Assembly (NCBI GenBank): GCA_964607415.1
Contig: CAZSKK010000001.1
Span: 68,190 to 132,189, forward strand
Direction of reading: 5' to 3'
Length of the DNA: 64,000 bases
Source of the DNA: an uncultured Candidatus Saccharibacteria bacterium
Lineage (GTDB): Bacteria > Patescibacteriota > Dojkabacteria > J137
Made by a program: the position numbers and the translations under genes. The notes beneath the pieces were generated by a model, which worked only from the letters and a program-made list of their open reading frames with translations, made no database searches and was not told where the DNA came from. Shown one piece after another: positions 28,445-39,600 of this stretch (within the stretch, counting starts at the first letter, position 1; each line of letters begins with the position of its first letter).

Positions 28445-29356
28445 TTAATCACCAACCATTGAAATACTTTTGAGTGCATTGTTTCTTAATTCATTGAAGT
28501 TGAGCTTTTCAGTTTCAACTTTCTTTGAATTAACTAGACTTGTAAGATCTACTTGGTTCTTTTTTGCCTGATCGGCTTTAACCAGTTCCTTAAGTCGTAA
28601 ATTAAACATTGCACCTGGTTTATCAAGTGGTTTGGTTTTATCGGCATTCGCAACACTTTGCATCTGTTTCACTTCTAAAAATGCTTTCTGGATTTGTACA
28701 TCAGTAATTTCTCCTTTGTTCTTTCGATTGATAACTTTTTGATAAAACTTAATGCTTTTCTCATCTGATAATTCTTTTGCTAAATATTTAGCTTCAACAT
28801 CGAATGAATCTTTACTAATCTTTGGAATCTCAAGCTGAGTAAATAAATTAGTCTTTTTACTCTCTAATCCTTTTTCTAAACGTAACGTTGTATATATCTT
28901 CTTAGTTGCTTCTACTTCCTTGTCTTCTACTTTGTCAGTTACTTTCACGGCTTCTTGAACATGAGATTCTTCGTACTCTTGAACTGGTATTTTTCCTACT
29001 TCTGGATGTGGCAAATTCTCCTCATCTGGAAAAAGCTTATATACCTCTTCCAATTCAATAATTTGATAAATATTTGGCTTATTTAAACCTGATTGTTTTA
29101 CAGTTATTAATCCAAACTCTTTTAATTCAGCCAGATCATCTCGGATCGTATCTATAGATACATTTAATTTCTCTGCTAATGTTTTTTGTGACGGATAGCA
29201 TTCCATATTTTCTCTAGCGTAATTTAATAAAAGAGCATAAAGGGTTTTCGCATTTCTCGACAATCCTTTAGCCATAAGAACAACTTTTGGTAACTTAACA
29301 AAGCCACCCTTAATAACTCTGTACTTTTTTTGGGTTTGTTCTTTTTCTTTAGCCAT
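28445..29356 (-). CDS. HTH replication-initiator-like protein (HTH_36 type)
   Basis: LSRNAKTLYALL, CYPSQKTLAEKLNVS..TI...L.EL...GLI, N.Y. Confidence 0.7.
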   Translation of the reverse strand: MAKEKEQTQKKYRVIKGGFVKLPKVVLMAKGLSRNAKTLYALLLNYARENMECYPSQKTLAEKLNVSIDTIRDDLAELKEFGLITVKQSGLNKPNIYQIIELEEVYKLFPDEENLPHPEVGKIPVQEYEESHVQEAVKVTDKVEDKEVEATKKIYTTLRLEKGLESKKTNLFTQLEIPKISKDSFDVEAKYLAKELSDEKSIKFYQKVINRKNKGEITDVQIQKAFLEVKQMQSVANADKTKPLDKPGAMFNLRLKELVKADQAKKNQVDLTSLVNSKKVETEKLNFNELRNNALKSISMVGD

Positions 29357-29635
29357 TTAAAGTACATTGAAACAAACGTTTAATAAGTTATTTCTCGACT
29401 CAAACTCTATGTATCCTGCATGTTTCAAACTTTCAAAATTGATAAGCTCAAAGCATTTATCAAAGGCTTTTCTTAAATCAATTTGGCAATATCCACTCTC
29501 TGTAATTTGTTTAAGTAATTCAAAGTACAGACAACAGGCAGTACCATTAATTCTTGGATCACAAATAACATTTGTGATTGAATTAAGACACTTAGAATTT
29601 GCAATCTTGCGAAACTCAATATTTATTTGATTCAT
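29357..29635 (-). CDS. small wHTH-like protein
   Basis: DPRINGTACCLY...LKHAGYI resembles the N-terminus of the adjacent initiator-like protein. Confidence 0.45.
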   Translation of the reverse strand: MNQINIEFRKIANSKCLNSITNVICDPRINGTACCLYFELLKQITESGYCQIDLRKAFDKCFELINFESLKHAGYIEFESRNNLLNVCFNVL

Positions 29636-29653
29636 AAAGTTAAAAAGTAATAA

Positions 29654-30706
29654 TTAGTTATTTGGAAACAAGAAAGGCATTGGATCAACCCTGTCCCAAT
29701 TGCCTGATTGATTTTTGCTAAATATTTCTACATGGACATGTGTTCCTGTTGAAAAACCTGTACTTCCTATCTGGCACACTGGATCTCCATAAGCTAGAGT
29801 TGATCCATCTTCTGCTAAATGAGCAGAACAATGACAATACAAAGTTCTGTAATATGAATTAGCAACATATGAACATAAAGCTCCGTAAGAATCTTTGAAG
29901 TTTGTAACTGTACCTATAATGATTGATCTATTAATTGCTTCTTCGGTAGCCTTTCCTGGATTTTCTTGATACCAAGTATTTGATGGAACGATGTCTACAC
30001 CTAAATGGACATTTGTAACTCCATCAATTATTCGAGTTTCGTTATATCCAGAAGTAACAGTTCCTAAATCAGCTCTAGTTAAACCAATAGGATTACCATA
30101 AGGAATGAAAATTAAACCTGTAAGTAAGTTGTATACGACTTTGATTGATTCTTTCTTAGAGTGATTGTACTTATCAATTTTCTCTTCTGAACCTCCAGAT
30201 AAACTTGATAATTTATTAGCAAGAGTGAAGTAGTTATCACAAAGATCATTTTCAGTTATTGATCCATTATTATTTCCATCAGCTCCATGAGTAACCCAAT
30301 AGTCATCTGGGATTTCTAAGAATCCTTTACCAGAACCAATATGGTCAGCTTTAAATTCAGAAATTACTTGTGAGAATGCAGCTATCAATTCAAGTTCAAC
30401 TCCATACTTAGTCTTTGCAGATTCCATGCACTGTTTATGATCTTCTGGTATTTGTTCTAAAAATGTTCTTGCATCAACTGCCATTTGATAGGCTATAGAT
30501 TGAATGCCAAAACAACCGAAACAGAGAATCATAATAAAGAAGAGAAGAATCTTTTCTTTATGCTTCCATAAAATCTTTGTAATGATTGGGGCTACAACAG
30601 GTACAAGTTTATTTGATGCTAAAGCAAGCTTATTACCTATAAAATTATCAGCTTGTTTTAAAGCATTTTTACTTAAATCACTTTTGTTTTCTCCTGTATT
30701 ATTCAT
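29654..30706 (-). CDS. cell-wall hydrolase: degenerate lytic-transglycosylase-like domain plus M23 peptidase
   Basis: TM anchor; KYGVELELIAA...DGNNNG; HLGVD, H and GSTGFSTGTHVHVE M23 motifs. Confidence 0.8.
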   Translation of the reverse strand: MNNTGENKSDLSKNALKQADNFIGNKLALASNKLVPVVAPIITKILWKHKEKILLFFIMILCFGCFGIQSIAYQMAVDARTFLEQIPEDHKQCMESAKTKYGVELELIAAFSQVISEFKADHIGSGKGFLEIPDDYWVTHGADGNNNGSITENDLCDNYFTLANKLSSLSGGSEEKIDKYNHSKKESIKVVYNLLTGLIFIPYGNPIGLTRADLGTVTSGYNETRIIDGVTNVHLGVDIVPSNTWYQENPGKATEEAINRSIIIGTVTNFKDSYGALCSYVANSYYRTLYCHCSAHLAEDGSTLAYGDPVCQIGSTGFSTGTHVHVEIFSKNQSGNWDRVDPMPFLFPNN

Positions 30707-30708
30707 AG

Positions 30709-31581
30709 TTAATTAACTCTCAAAGTAAAATTTGAACTTACATTTAAACCACTTTTAGAAACTTGAACTGAACCATTAATATTTCCTGAATTACCTGCTG
30801 GTACAGTGAACGAAACTGCCATATTCCCACCTCCATCAGATTGAGATAAGGTGTAAACTCCTGTACCTGATTGCCAATTAACAGTCACATATCCGAAAGC
30901 ACCGCTTACAGGATTTCCATTTTGATCTTTAACACTACAATTCACTCCAACGCTTTGACCTACAAATGGATTAGTATTTGTTATTGAACAACTCATTCTT
31001 AAACCAGTCACAGGACTTGGTTGCGGTGGAGGTGGTTCAGGTGTTGGAGTTGGAGCAGGCGGATTCGGCTGCGGTTGTGGTGTAGGAGCTGGTTGTTGAC
31101 TAGGAGGATTTACAGCTTCTGGATCAGGCTTTCTCTCCACTTCCCGATTTACATTTATAGTTACCCTATTCTCAATGCCATTAGTGTTTTTAACCTTTAC
31201 TTCAATTGCATTTTTGCCTTCAACAAGCTCAATTTTATATTCAAAATTTCCATCGCCTGCTACAGTAATTTTATTACCATTAACCCAAGCTTCATTTCCT
31301 ATATCAGTAGATGCAACTAAAACAACTGATGTTTCTTTTGTATTAAACCCATCAGTTAAATTCTTAATTTCTAATTTAGGTTTTGTTTCATCTGTTGGTT
31401 CTGGCTCTGGATTTTCTACTGGATATGAAGCTGGTGTTTCCGTGCTTCCTTGTGTAAAGTTTAGTTGTCCTGTTGAATATAGTTCTATAAATAAAGCTAT
31501 AGAAAAAGGAATCAACAAAGTGATTACTAAAAATATGTATCCATGTTTTAAGTTTTTCTTAACCTCCTGCTTCTTGTTCAT
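30709..31581 (-). CDS. membrane-anchored Ig-like domain protein with proline-rich linker
   Basis: N-terminal TM, GNF...L.EGKN.I.V Ig fold, PAPTPQPQPNPPAPTPTPEPPPP linker, second beta domain. Confidence 0.7.
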   Translation of the reverse strand: MNKKQEVKKNLKHGYIFLVITLLIPFSIALFIELYSTGQLNFTQGSTETPASYPVENPEPEPTDETKPKLEIKNLTDGFNTKETSVVLVASTDIGNEAWVNGNKITVAGDGNFEYKIELVEGKNAIEVKVKNTNGIENRVTINVNREVERKPDPEAVNPPSQQPAPTPQPQPNPPAPTPTPEPPPPQPSPVTGLRMSCSITNTNPFVGQSVGVNCSVKDQNGNPVSGAFGYVTVNWQSGTGVYTLSQSDGGGNMAVSFTVPAGNSGNINGSVQVSKSGLNVSSNFTLRVN

Positions 31582-33415
31582 ATTTTCTTTGGCTGTCTAA
31601 TTTAGATAAATCCTCAGCAGATGAAGAGAATATTGATTTCTCAATTTCTGTTGGGTACACGTAAATGTGTGAATGAATGTTCCCCTTAATAAATAAAGCC
31701 TGTCCTTTTGTAAGCCTTGTAATGTAATCTCGTTCTATGTCTGAAAGATCAAATGCTTTAACTAAATTTGGAATTGATTGTTTCTTTTGAGAAAGAATTA
31801 ATGCTGTATCTGCATTTTTAGCAATCACAGATCCTTGAGGATGTTCTAAAAAGTCATCAACATCTTGAGAAATGCAAATAACACCAAGATTGTATTTTCT
31901 TCCTCGTCTAACTAAGTTCTCAATAAAAGAAGCTGAAGATTCATCCTTTAGTAGCAAGTGAGCTTCATCAATTATTAGGACTTTCTTTTTCCTGTCAGAA
32001 AGCACTTTCTGCCAGATGAAATTTGAAAGATAATATATTGATGCTTGCTTTTCAGCTTCAGGGACTCGCTGAATGTTAAATACAATCATTGGAGCATTGA
32101 AATCGACATCAGAAGTTGTAGGATTATCATATAGATCTCCAAGCTCCCCCTTTTTAGAGTATTCTAAAAGTTCAACTGCAATTCTTTTTCCATCAGATCC
32201 TTGTTTCTCAAAACTTTTAATAAGGTCTGATACAGTTGGAGGCTCTTTTGAATAAGTTGAAGGATCTTCTAATATAATTCCTTTCTCGATGTAAGTTTCA
32301 TTTACAGCTTTACTGACAATTCCTCGATTGTAAGTTTTGTTAGATAACCAGATTCGGATAAGTCCTTTTACAACTCCGAGATGAGTTCTCATAGTTTCCT
32401 TTGAGTCGATATCATTGGAGAAAAATTGAAGTGGATTTACTTTAGTTTTTGATTCTGGATTAATATCTATGTTCGTTCCTCCAACATAATCACAAAGAGC
32501 TTTAAATTCTCCTTCAGGATCTATAACATAGACTGAAATACCTCTAAATAACGATCTGTAAGCTTCTAATTTAGCAGCGAAAGATTTTCCCGCACCAGAA
32601 GTCGCAAAGATGATTCCATTGTAATTTTTAGAAGTTTTTGAAAAACGATCGAAGCGAACTTTTGAGCCTCCATTTGTGATTCCATAAAAGATTCCATCGG
32701 GATCATTTAGAGCTGCTGTTGTAAAAGGTAATGATGAAGATACATTTGAACTTGTTAATGAAAACTCTTCACCTATTCTATTTATTCCTGATGGTAATAA
32801 GCTTTCAATTCCTTGTCTTTCTTTGAAAACAAGAGGATGTAATTTAATTTGCTTTGCATAAGCTAACTCTTTAAGTGATTTCTCTGATTTAGTAAGTTCC
32901 TTTAAATCATAATTCTCAAATTTTAAATACATACTCATTGAGTAGAGTTTTTCAACTCCTCTAACTATGGAGTCTTCAACTGCTCTTGCATCTTGAATTG
33001 CTTGCTCAATGTCTGTTGTATGAATCTTACCTTTTTCAACTTTTGAATAGTATTGAGCTGAAAGGTTTGTAATTCTATTTCTAAGTCCTGATAAAGCTTT
33101 TTGAGAATCAATTGGTCTAATAAATTGAGATATTACTAATGGCTCGCTGTAATTTGTTAAATCATAAAGCCAATTAGGGTAAATAATCTGAGGAAATTCA
33201 GATACCATAAGTGTACTTATATATTTATCTGATAACTCAATGTACTTTCCTTTATTTACAAATTCATAAAGCAAAGTATCATCAGAATCAAACTTGGATA
33301 TTTCTTTATTCCTTGAAAAATCTTTAACAAGTGTTCGACCTTTAGCTTCAATTTTGAGGTTAAAATCTAATAGAGCAAACCTTGTTTGTACAAAGTAGTA
33401 TTTGAATGGATTCAT
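31559..33415 (-). CDS. virB4: VirB4-like conjugation ATPase
   Basis: ATSGAGKS, VIDPEGE, INP/VNPL, IIDEAH, RRGRKY...ISQ. Confidence 0.9.
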   Translation of the reverse strand: MNPFKYYFVQTRFALLDFNLKIEAKGRTLVKDFSRNKEISKFDSDDTLLYEFVNKGKYIELSDKYISTLMVSEFPQIIYPNWLYDLTNYSEPLVISQFIRPIDSQKALSGLRNRITNLSAQYYSKVEKGKIHTTDIEQAIQDARAVEDSIVRGVEKLYSMSMYLKFENYDLKELTKSEKSLKELAYAKQIKLHPLVFKERQGIESLLPSGINRIGEEFSLTSSNVSSSLPFTTAALNDPDGIFYGITNGGSKVRFDRFSKTSKNYNGIIFATSGAGKSFAAKLEAYRSLFRGISVYVIDPEGEFKALCDYVGGTNIDINPESKTKVNPLQFFSNDIDSKETMRTHLGVVKGLIRIWLSNKTYNRGIVSKAVNETYIEKGIILEDPSTYSKEPPTVSDLIKSFEKQGSDGKRIAVELLEYSKKGELGDLYDNPTTSDVDFNAPMIVFNIQRVPEAEKQASIYYLSNFIWQKVLSDRKKKVLIIDEAHLLLKDESSASFIENLVRRGRKYNLGVICISQDVDDFLEHPQGSVIAKNADTALILSQKKQSIPNLVKAFDLSDIERDYITRLTKGQALFIKGNIHSHIYVYPTEIEKSIFSSSAEDLSKLDSQRKYEQEAGG

Positions 33416-34170
33416 TAATGTTTTTCTAAAATGTATTGTGATAAATCCAAGATCTCGCTTGTATTAAGTTCGATTAACTTAACCTTTGTTGTTTCAAGAA
33501 GTCTTATAAATATTTCTTGATCTTCTAGTTTTCTCTTTGCTCCATCTAAAGTTTTTGATTGAGCAGTAATAATCAAGTAGAAAGTCCTTTCCATCGTTTG
33601 ATTAAGTTTTTTGTATTCATCTAAATATTCAGTAGCTCTTTTTCGTAAGATTCCCGTAAGATCTTTAATTCTTCTTTCTTCGGTTTCTAAGTTCTGATCG
33701 TTAAATGAATACCTTTGTAAGGTAATAATCTGAATAGGATTTTTTAAAGCAAATAGAGCTTGCTGAATGTAGCTTTTAAAAGCATTAACCTCTTCTTCAG
33801 AACTCATTGAAAGATTGATTGGCTCAATTCTATAGACTTTAGAATAAGAACCATCAGCATTTATTAAGATTCCGTCACTAATATCTTTTGCTAGAATAGT
33901 TCGCTGCTTTTTGGAATTAATAAAATGGGAAAAGGCATCAAGCACAAACTTATGAAAAGGTCTTCCATAAATATCAAACATTAAAGGAATCAAGACTGCT
34001 CCAATGACAATTTCAATAATGATCTTTTGATCTGATGAAAGATTCTTAGCTCCACTCCATAGAAATAGAGATAAAACGAAACCTATAGTTATTACTATAT
34101 TTCTTCGATTAACTAACAGACTTAATAAGCCTGTGTCTTTATTTAACTTTGGCGGAACTACTTCTTGCAT
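33415..34170 (-). CDS. PrgI/VirB3-like membrane protein fused to a TraC-like N-terminal region
   Basis: Two TMs, YGRP, PINL...S.EE and R.FYLII; abuts virB4. Confidence 0.6.
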   Translation of the reverse strand: MQEVVPPKLNKDTGLLSLLVNRRNIVITIGFVLSLFLWSGAKNLSSDQKIIIEIVIGAVLIPLMFDIYGRPFHKFVLDAFSHFINSKKQRTILAKDISDGILINADGSYSKVYRIEPINLSMSSEEEVNAFKSYIQQALFALKNPIQIITLQRYSFNDQNLETEERRIKDLTGILRKRATEYLDEYKKLNQTMERTFYLIITAQSKTLDGAKRKLEDQEIFIRLLETTKVKLIELNTSEILDLSQYILEKH

Positions 34171-36184
34171 TTTGATTTGATTTAACTTGTGGTTTATTTA
34201 ATTGGTAATACTTGTTTATTGGCTCTCCGTTTTGTGTTTTATCAGTAACCTTTAATGTATTAATTCCTTGAGATCTAAAGTAACCTTCACTTTGTCCCTT
34301 CTGTAAAATCTCGTTTCTACTTTGAGGATTATTTATAAACTTCTGATAGCTTTGAACTGATTTACCTGAACTCATTGATTCATTCTTTGCATACCAGTTT
34401 GTTAAATGTCCCCAATGAGCTTGATTTGATGTATCGAAAGTTTTACCCATGCTTACATTCATTTGTTTATGAGAAATTGATGAATCAAGTAATGAATTTG
34501 TTTGTGTATTTGAAGGTGTAAAGCCACTCAAATTTGCGACACTATTAATATTTGATTGTTGTTCAGTCATTGGAAATCCAAAGCTTCCGCCTAAATTAGA
34601 AGCTGTGAAAGCAGAAGACAATCTGTTTGAATCCTTAACACTAACTTTTGAAATATCTCCAAAGTTAGGAGTATTAGTGAATAAACTTTTAGTAGGGGAA
34701 TCTGGCTTTAGAGAATTAGCATCTAATGGAGTCATGCCTAACTTTCCAAATGCTCCTGATGTTTTCTCTCCATTTTTCATTGCAGTTTTGAATACACCGC
34801 CCTTATCAGCAAAGTTTTTTCCTTGTTCAATTATTCCTTTACCATTACCTCCTAAACCTTGAAGTGGATTTTGACCTGTTATTGCTCGACCAATTCCTTT
34901 AGCACCAAACATTCTTAAAGATCCTGATTTCTCACCTGTTGCCCCTGCAACAATACCTTTTTTTAATAATGAAGCTTGACCAACAGTACCCATAGCAAAC
35001 ATTCCTGCTGCAATTCCACCTCCCATAGTCCAAAGAAATCCCGATATTCTATTTACAATTATTGGAACTGTATTTAAGAAAGAAACAGCACCGAGTCCTA
35101 AAACAATTTTGGCAACTGATCCATTCCCTCCTTTTATAATTTCAATTACAACAGCAAACCCTAACAAGAAAATTGGTTGAACAATTAAAGTTCTTACAAT
35201 TTCTTCAATCCAAGTTCTTAAAAACTGCCCGCCTCCTGGCATTAGTCCAATTACATAAATCACTGGATACAAAATCATATGAAGTAATAAGTGGAAAAAT
35301 CTAACAATGAATTGAAATAATAAAAGAACAAGGAAGCAAAGTAATGTTCCCCAAATGATTGCCTGAGCGAATGGATTAAATCCTCCCGAATCTGGAAAGC
35401 TTAACTTTGAACCATCACTTTGTACTCCCATTGCAGATAAAACTGCTTGAGATAAAAGTGAAGAGTTTCCGCTAATAAGATCTTGAATGATTAATTTATT
35501 AATCGCGTTCATTAGATCTATGGCTTGAACCAAAATATACCTTGTTGCTGCCATTGCTATCACAAAGATCAGAACTTTTTTACCAAGTTGCATCAAGAGT
35601 TCTCGACCTTTGAATGATCCTTCCATAATGATTGCAGCTCCATTCATTACTATGAATAATGGAAGTAGCAACCAAGCTAAGGCATTTGTAAGGTTATAGA
35701 ATTTATCAATTTGAATTGGAACTTCAGAACCGAAGCCATAAATTTCACCATCGTTTCTTCCGATGTTTGGAGTTGAGCCAACGAAGTTATCAAATAGATT
35801 TAAAACTTCTTGAACTAACTTATTTATAGCTTCAACTATGGGATCTAAAATGCTACCTAGTGGGTCAATACCAAATATACCAATGCTTCTTTCTTCTTTT
35901 ACTTTTTCAACATCAAGTTCAGGAACATCCATGTTGTACTTATCAAATACAACTGGAATGTTCGCTGAAGAAACTGTTACAGTTTCAATACTTTGTTCAG
36001 GTTTATTTGAGTTATGAATAATTCCCACGACCTGCGTTAAGAGAATCAAAACGAAAAGACTTGTTGAAAAGATTACTAAATGTTTTAGCTGTCTTTTTTG
36101 AACTTTGTCTGCGTTTTGAACTCTCTCCGCAAGATCGCTGGTTCGCGTACCTATGTTTTGGATTCTTTTAAGTAGCTTAAACAT
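34139..36184 (-). CDS. VirB6/TrbL-like polytopic membrane protein
   Basis: Multi-TM core followed by a Gly/Ser-rich tail; lies between the pilin-like and PrgI-like genes. Confidence 0.7.
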   Translation of the reverse strand: MFKLLKRIQNIGTRTSDLAERVQNADKVQKRQLKHLVIFSTSLFVLILLTQVVGIIHNSNKPEQSIETVTVSSANIPVVFDKYNMDVPELDVEKVKEERSIGIFGIDPLGSILDPIVEAINKLVQEVLNLFDNFVGSTPNIGRNDGEIYGFGSEVPIQIDKFYNLTNALAWLLLPLFIVMNGAAIIMEGSFKGRELLMQLGKKVLIFVIAMAATRYILVQAIDLMNAINKLIIQDLISGNSSLLSQAVLSAMGVQSDGSKLSFPDSGGFNPFAQAIIWGTLLCFLVLLLFQFIVRFFHLLLHMILYPVIYVIGLMPGGGQFLRTWIEEIVRTLIVQPIFLLGFAVVIEIIKGGNGSVAKIVLGLGAVSFLNTVPIIVNRISGFLWTMGGGIAAGMFAMGTVGQASLLKKGIVAGATGEKSGSLRMFGAKGIGRAITGQNPLQGLGGNGKGIIEQGKNFADKGGVFKTAMKNGEKTSGAFGKLGMTPLDANSLKPDSPTKSLFTNTPNFGDISKVSVKDSNRLSSAFTASNLGGSFGFPMTEQQSNINSVANLSGFTPSNTQTNSLLDSSISHKQMNVSMGKTFDTSNQAHWGHLTNWYAKNESMSSGKSVQSYQKFINNPQSRNEILQKGQSEGYFRSQGINTLKVTDKTQNGEPINKYYQLNKPQVKSNQNARSSSAKVK

Positions 36185-36545
36185 TTGCGATAAATCTTAT
36201 TGCGTCTAAAATTAAATTTGGGTTGAATAAGAAAATCGCTGCAACTACTAAAAGAAAGATATCTCTTATTAAAGTAGTTCTAACCATTGGATCATCCTTC
36301 CTTTCAAGTAAGGTGAAAGCATCTCTTACAATGAAAAGTAATAGAACTGCTGATCCAACTTGAGTCATAATTGAAATTACTCTTTCAACAATTAGATTAA
36401 TTTCGTCAGCAGGACTAACAGCAGCAGCAAATACCTTTCTTGTAAGCATCCAAGTTGTTGTGAAGGATGTAACAAAAAGTACCCACAATCTATTCAGCAA
36501 ATTTTTGTTTTTGAGAATTCTTTTTCTTAAAGTTAATTTATTCAT
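36177..36545 (-). CDS. VirB2/TrbC-like pilin
   Basis: Basic leader ending VFAA followed by two hydrophobic helices. Confidence 0.6.
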   Translation of the reverse strand: MNKLTLRKRILKNKNLLNRLWVLFVTSFTTTWMLTRKVFAAAVSPADEINLIVERVISIMTQVGSAVLLLFIVRDAFTLLERKDDPMVRTTLIRDIFLLVVAAIFLFNPNLILDAIRFIANV

Positions 36546-36663
36546 CTAGTAATTAATAAAAAATAAAATTATTTGTTTCTTTCTCGTCTTTCTTTCCAGA
36601 TCCCTCGAAGTATCAGGAATGAACAGTAAGAAATGACGAGTGTAAGAGTTATTGAAATCACAA

Positions 36664-39600
36664 TCATTTCTTTCGTTTCTTAAAATTTAAAATCAACATG
36701 GTTACTCCAACTCCGATAAGTGAGATTCCTAAACCAATTGGTATTAGGATTGAGTCTCCTGTGTCAGCAATTACAATGTCTCGGTAAATTCCTGCATTTA
36801 AGAAAGTGATGCATCCACTGGCAGTTACATATCTGATTCCGTCTTCAACATAATCTTCAGGAACTCCATCTTCTCTTGGAGGTAATAGTGCTAAGGTATA
36901 TTCATTTACAGTTGTGAATTCATCAAAGCCATTAGGCATCTCTACAGTTACATGAAGAGGAGTATAGAAAGGTAATCCAGTGTAAACATAATGACCGCTT
37001 TGATCTGTATATAATTCAACTTCATTTTCAGGAAGATATTCTGAAGCAGACCATCTAAGTCTGATTCTTGCATTTTCAATTCCAAATTCCTCTTCCTCAA
37101 AAATTCCGTTCTTATTATTGTCATCCCAAATAAAGCCACCCATACAACAAGCATTTGTTGTAACTGCTACAGCCTCACTTTCAACCGTTTCTACAACTGG
37201 TGAATAAATGATTGCTGAGTTTCTAATCTCTGTATCAGAAGGTGTTGGAATTTCAATTACAACTGTAAAACTCACAGATCCCTCACTTCCTGCTTGAATG
37301 TTTCCCAAATCCCATTGAACTTCATTGTTTTCAGCATCATAAGTTCCTAAAACTTCTGGATTACTTTCACCAAAGGAAACAAATAATGTATGTTCAGGAA
37401 TTGAATCAACTAGAGTAGTGCTTGGTGAAAATCCTGTACCAGTATTTCTGTAAGTCAATGTGTAAGTTATTGGCTGACCTGGTGCTACAACTTCTGGAAG
37501 ATCTTGCACTTTTGTTAGTTCAAGGGTTGGAGTTAGAACATCAGTAGAATCGGTTACAATTTCAGATTCAAATGTAGGAGTAGTTAAACCAACATTATTA
37601 ATTAGTGTTGTAGTTCCTCCTGGCATTATCAAAGGAATTTGCACTTGATAAGTGAAAGTTCTACTTTGACCTGCATTTAAAGTTAATCCTTCATCTACAT
37701 TTGTATCTTCCCAAATAATTGTTCTATTACCATCAAAGTTTCCTTCAGGATCTACACTGTCTTCGGAAAGCACAACGTGTTCTGGCAATAAATCCTCAAT
37801 TCTTAAATTGTATCCGTCCCCAGTCCCTAAGTTTTCAAGAGTAATAGTGTAGGTTAAAAATTCGCCTGGATTAGTTTCAGTAGTATTATCTGTTTTAGAT
37901 AATCTATATCTCGGAGTTAGAACATTTGTAGTTGTAGAGTCACTTAAAGGTGAAGTTTCCTCTGAATCAATGGTTGCAGTATTTACAATTGATCTATCTT
38001 GTTCGGCTGTCCGATTTAGAACTAAATCAAATGTAAAGTTTCCATCTTCACCTTCAGCAAGATCACCAATATTCCAAGTAATGATATTGGTATTAGAATC
38101 ATAACTACCTCCACCTGAAATGTTTTCAACACCTTGAATTTCATTTACTGATGCAAATTGAGTTAGATCATCTGTAAGAATTACATTTGTTGCATCTGTA
38201 TCTCCATTGTTTGCATAATCAATACTAAATGTAAGTCTTCGCTCTGAATCATTGTAATGATCTCCTTGAACTGTGTTTACTTCCACAGATGTTTCATCAC
38301 TATCAGTTACGACTTTTGAAATGTCTAAGACTGCTCTTGGATTTACATTTGTTGTGACAGTTGAAGTATTACTGCCTGGAATATTTGTAGTTACTGAATT
38401 AGGAAACAAGTAATCACCATGAGCTAAATCAAAGATTTGGGCTTGTACTGCAAAGGTTCTTGTTTCTCCGTGTTCTAAAGATGGAATATTCCAAGTTAAT
38501 GTATCTCCATTATCAGATCCACCATCTGCATAATTGATTGAAACAAAGTTTTGATCATAATTATCAGTTACTACAACATCATTTACTCTTCCTCCATTAT
38601 TAGTAACGGAAACATTGTAAGTAATGTTTTCTCTATTTAGAGCTGTGTTATTAGTTACATTTGTTTCATTAGAATCACTAACTGTTTTAGTAGTTTGAAC
38701 ACTAGGTGCTAAATTTACAGTTGCATTAGAAGAAGTGAAATTGTAAGGAATAATACTTACTGAGAATGTAGAAAAGTTTTGACTAGCCCAAGTTCCTTGA
38801 GGTGCAGCCCATCCAGCAGGTGCATTATGGTCATCTCTCCAAATAAAGCCTGGTTGAGCATCATGGCTTAAATCTTGTGAATGGCTTTTAGCTCTTGAAG
38901 TTGATTCAGTATAAGTATTGTTATCATAGATCTGAACATTATTAGTAATGTTTAGAGGATATGAAGTATTCCAATTGTCATAATATGTAATTGTTCTTGT
39001 TTCTCCTGCACTAAATGAGTGTGTTTGATCGTAAGTTGCTCCTGATGGAAGATTGTCTAAAACTCTGATATTCCCGACATTGTAAGTTGAGACATTTCGT
39101 AATGTTAGATCATATCTAATATTTAAGTTTGCTCCTGACCATTCGGGTGTAGCAGAGTATGAAACTTGTTGAATTGGTTGAATAGTGTTGAATGAATACA
39201 CAACTCTTCCACCTGCATTACCATTTGGATCTGCACCAAAGCCTCCTTGATTACCAATTACAACAAGATTACCGCTTCTACATCCTCCAACTGCATCACA
39301 AACAGTAGAATATCCACCACCTGCACCTAATCTTGTAATATCCCCTTCACTTGGATTTGATCGTGAAGTAAATAAATCTACTCTTGGTACATTTACATTA
39401 TGACCAGTTAAGTTCCAAACCCAGTAACCAACTTGTACAGTTGATCCGGGTGGAACTGCTACATGTCTCATATTATCGAATCTATCTCCATAGAATCCAT
39501 TAACAGCAGTAACACCATTTACTGGTGTACCCTGAATTGATCCTGCTCCCCATCCTTGAACTTGACCTCCGTTATATGAAACTCCATTTCCTAAATTAGA

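Noticed and set aside
36575-36645. Imperfect hairpin between the adhesin and pilin-like genes
   Set aside because: Plausibly an mRNA-stabilising or processing stem, but no distinguishing evidence
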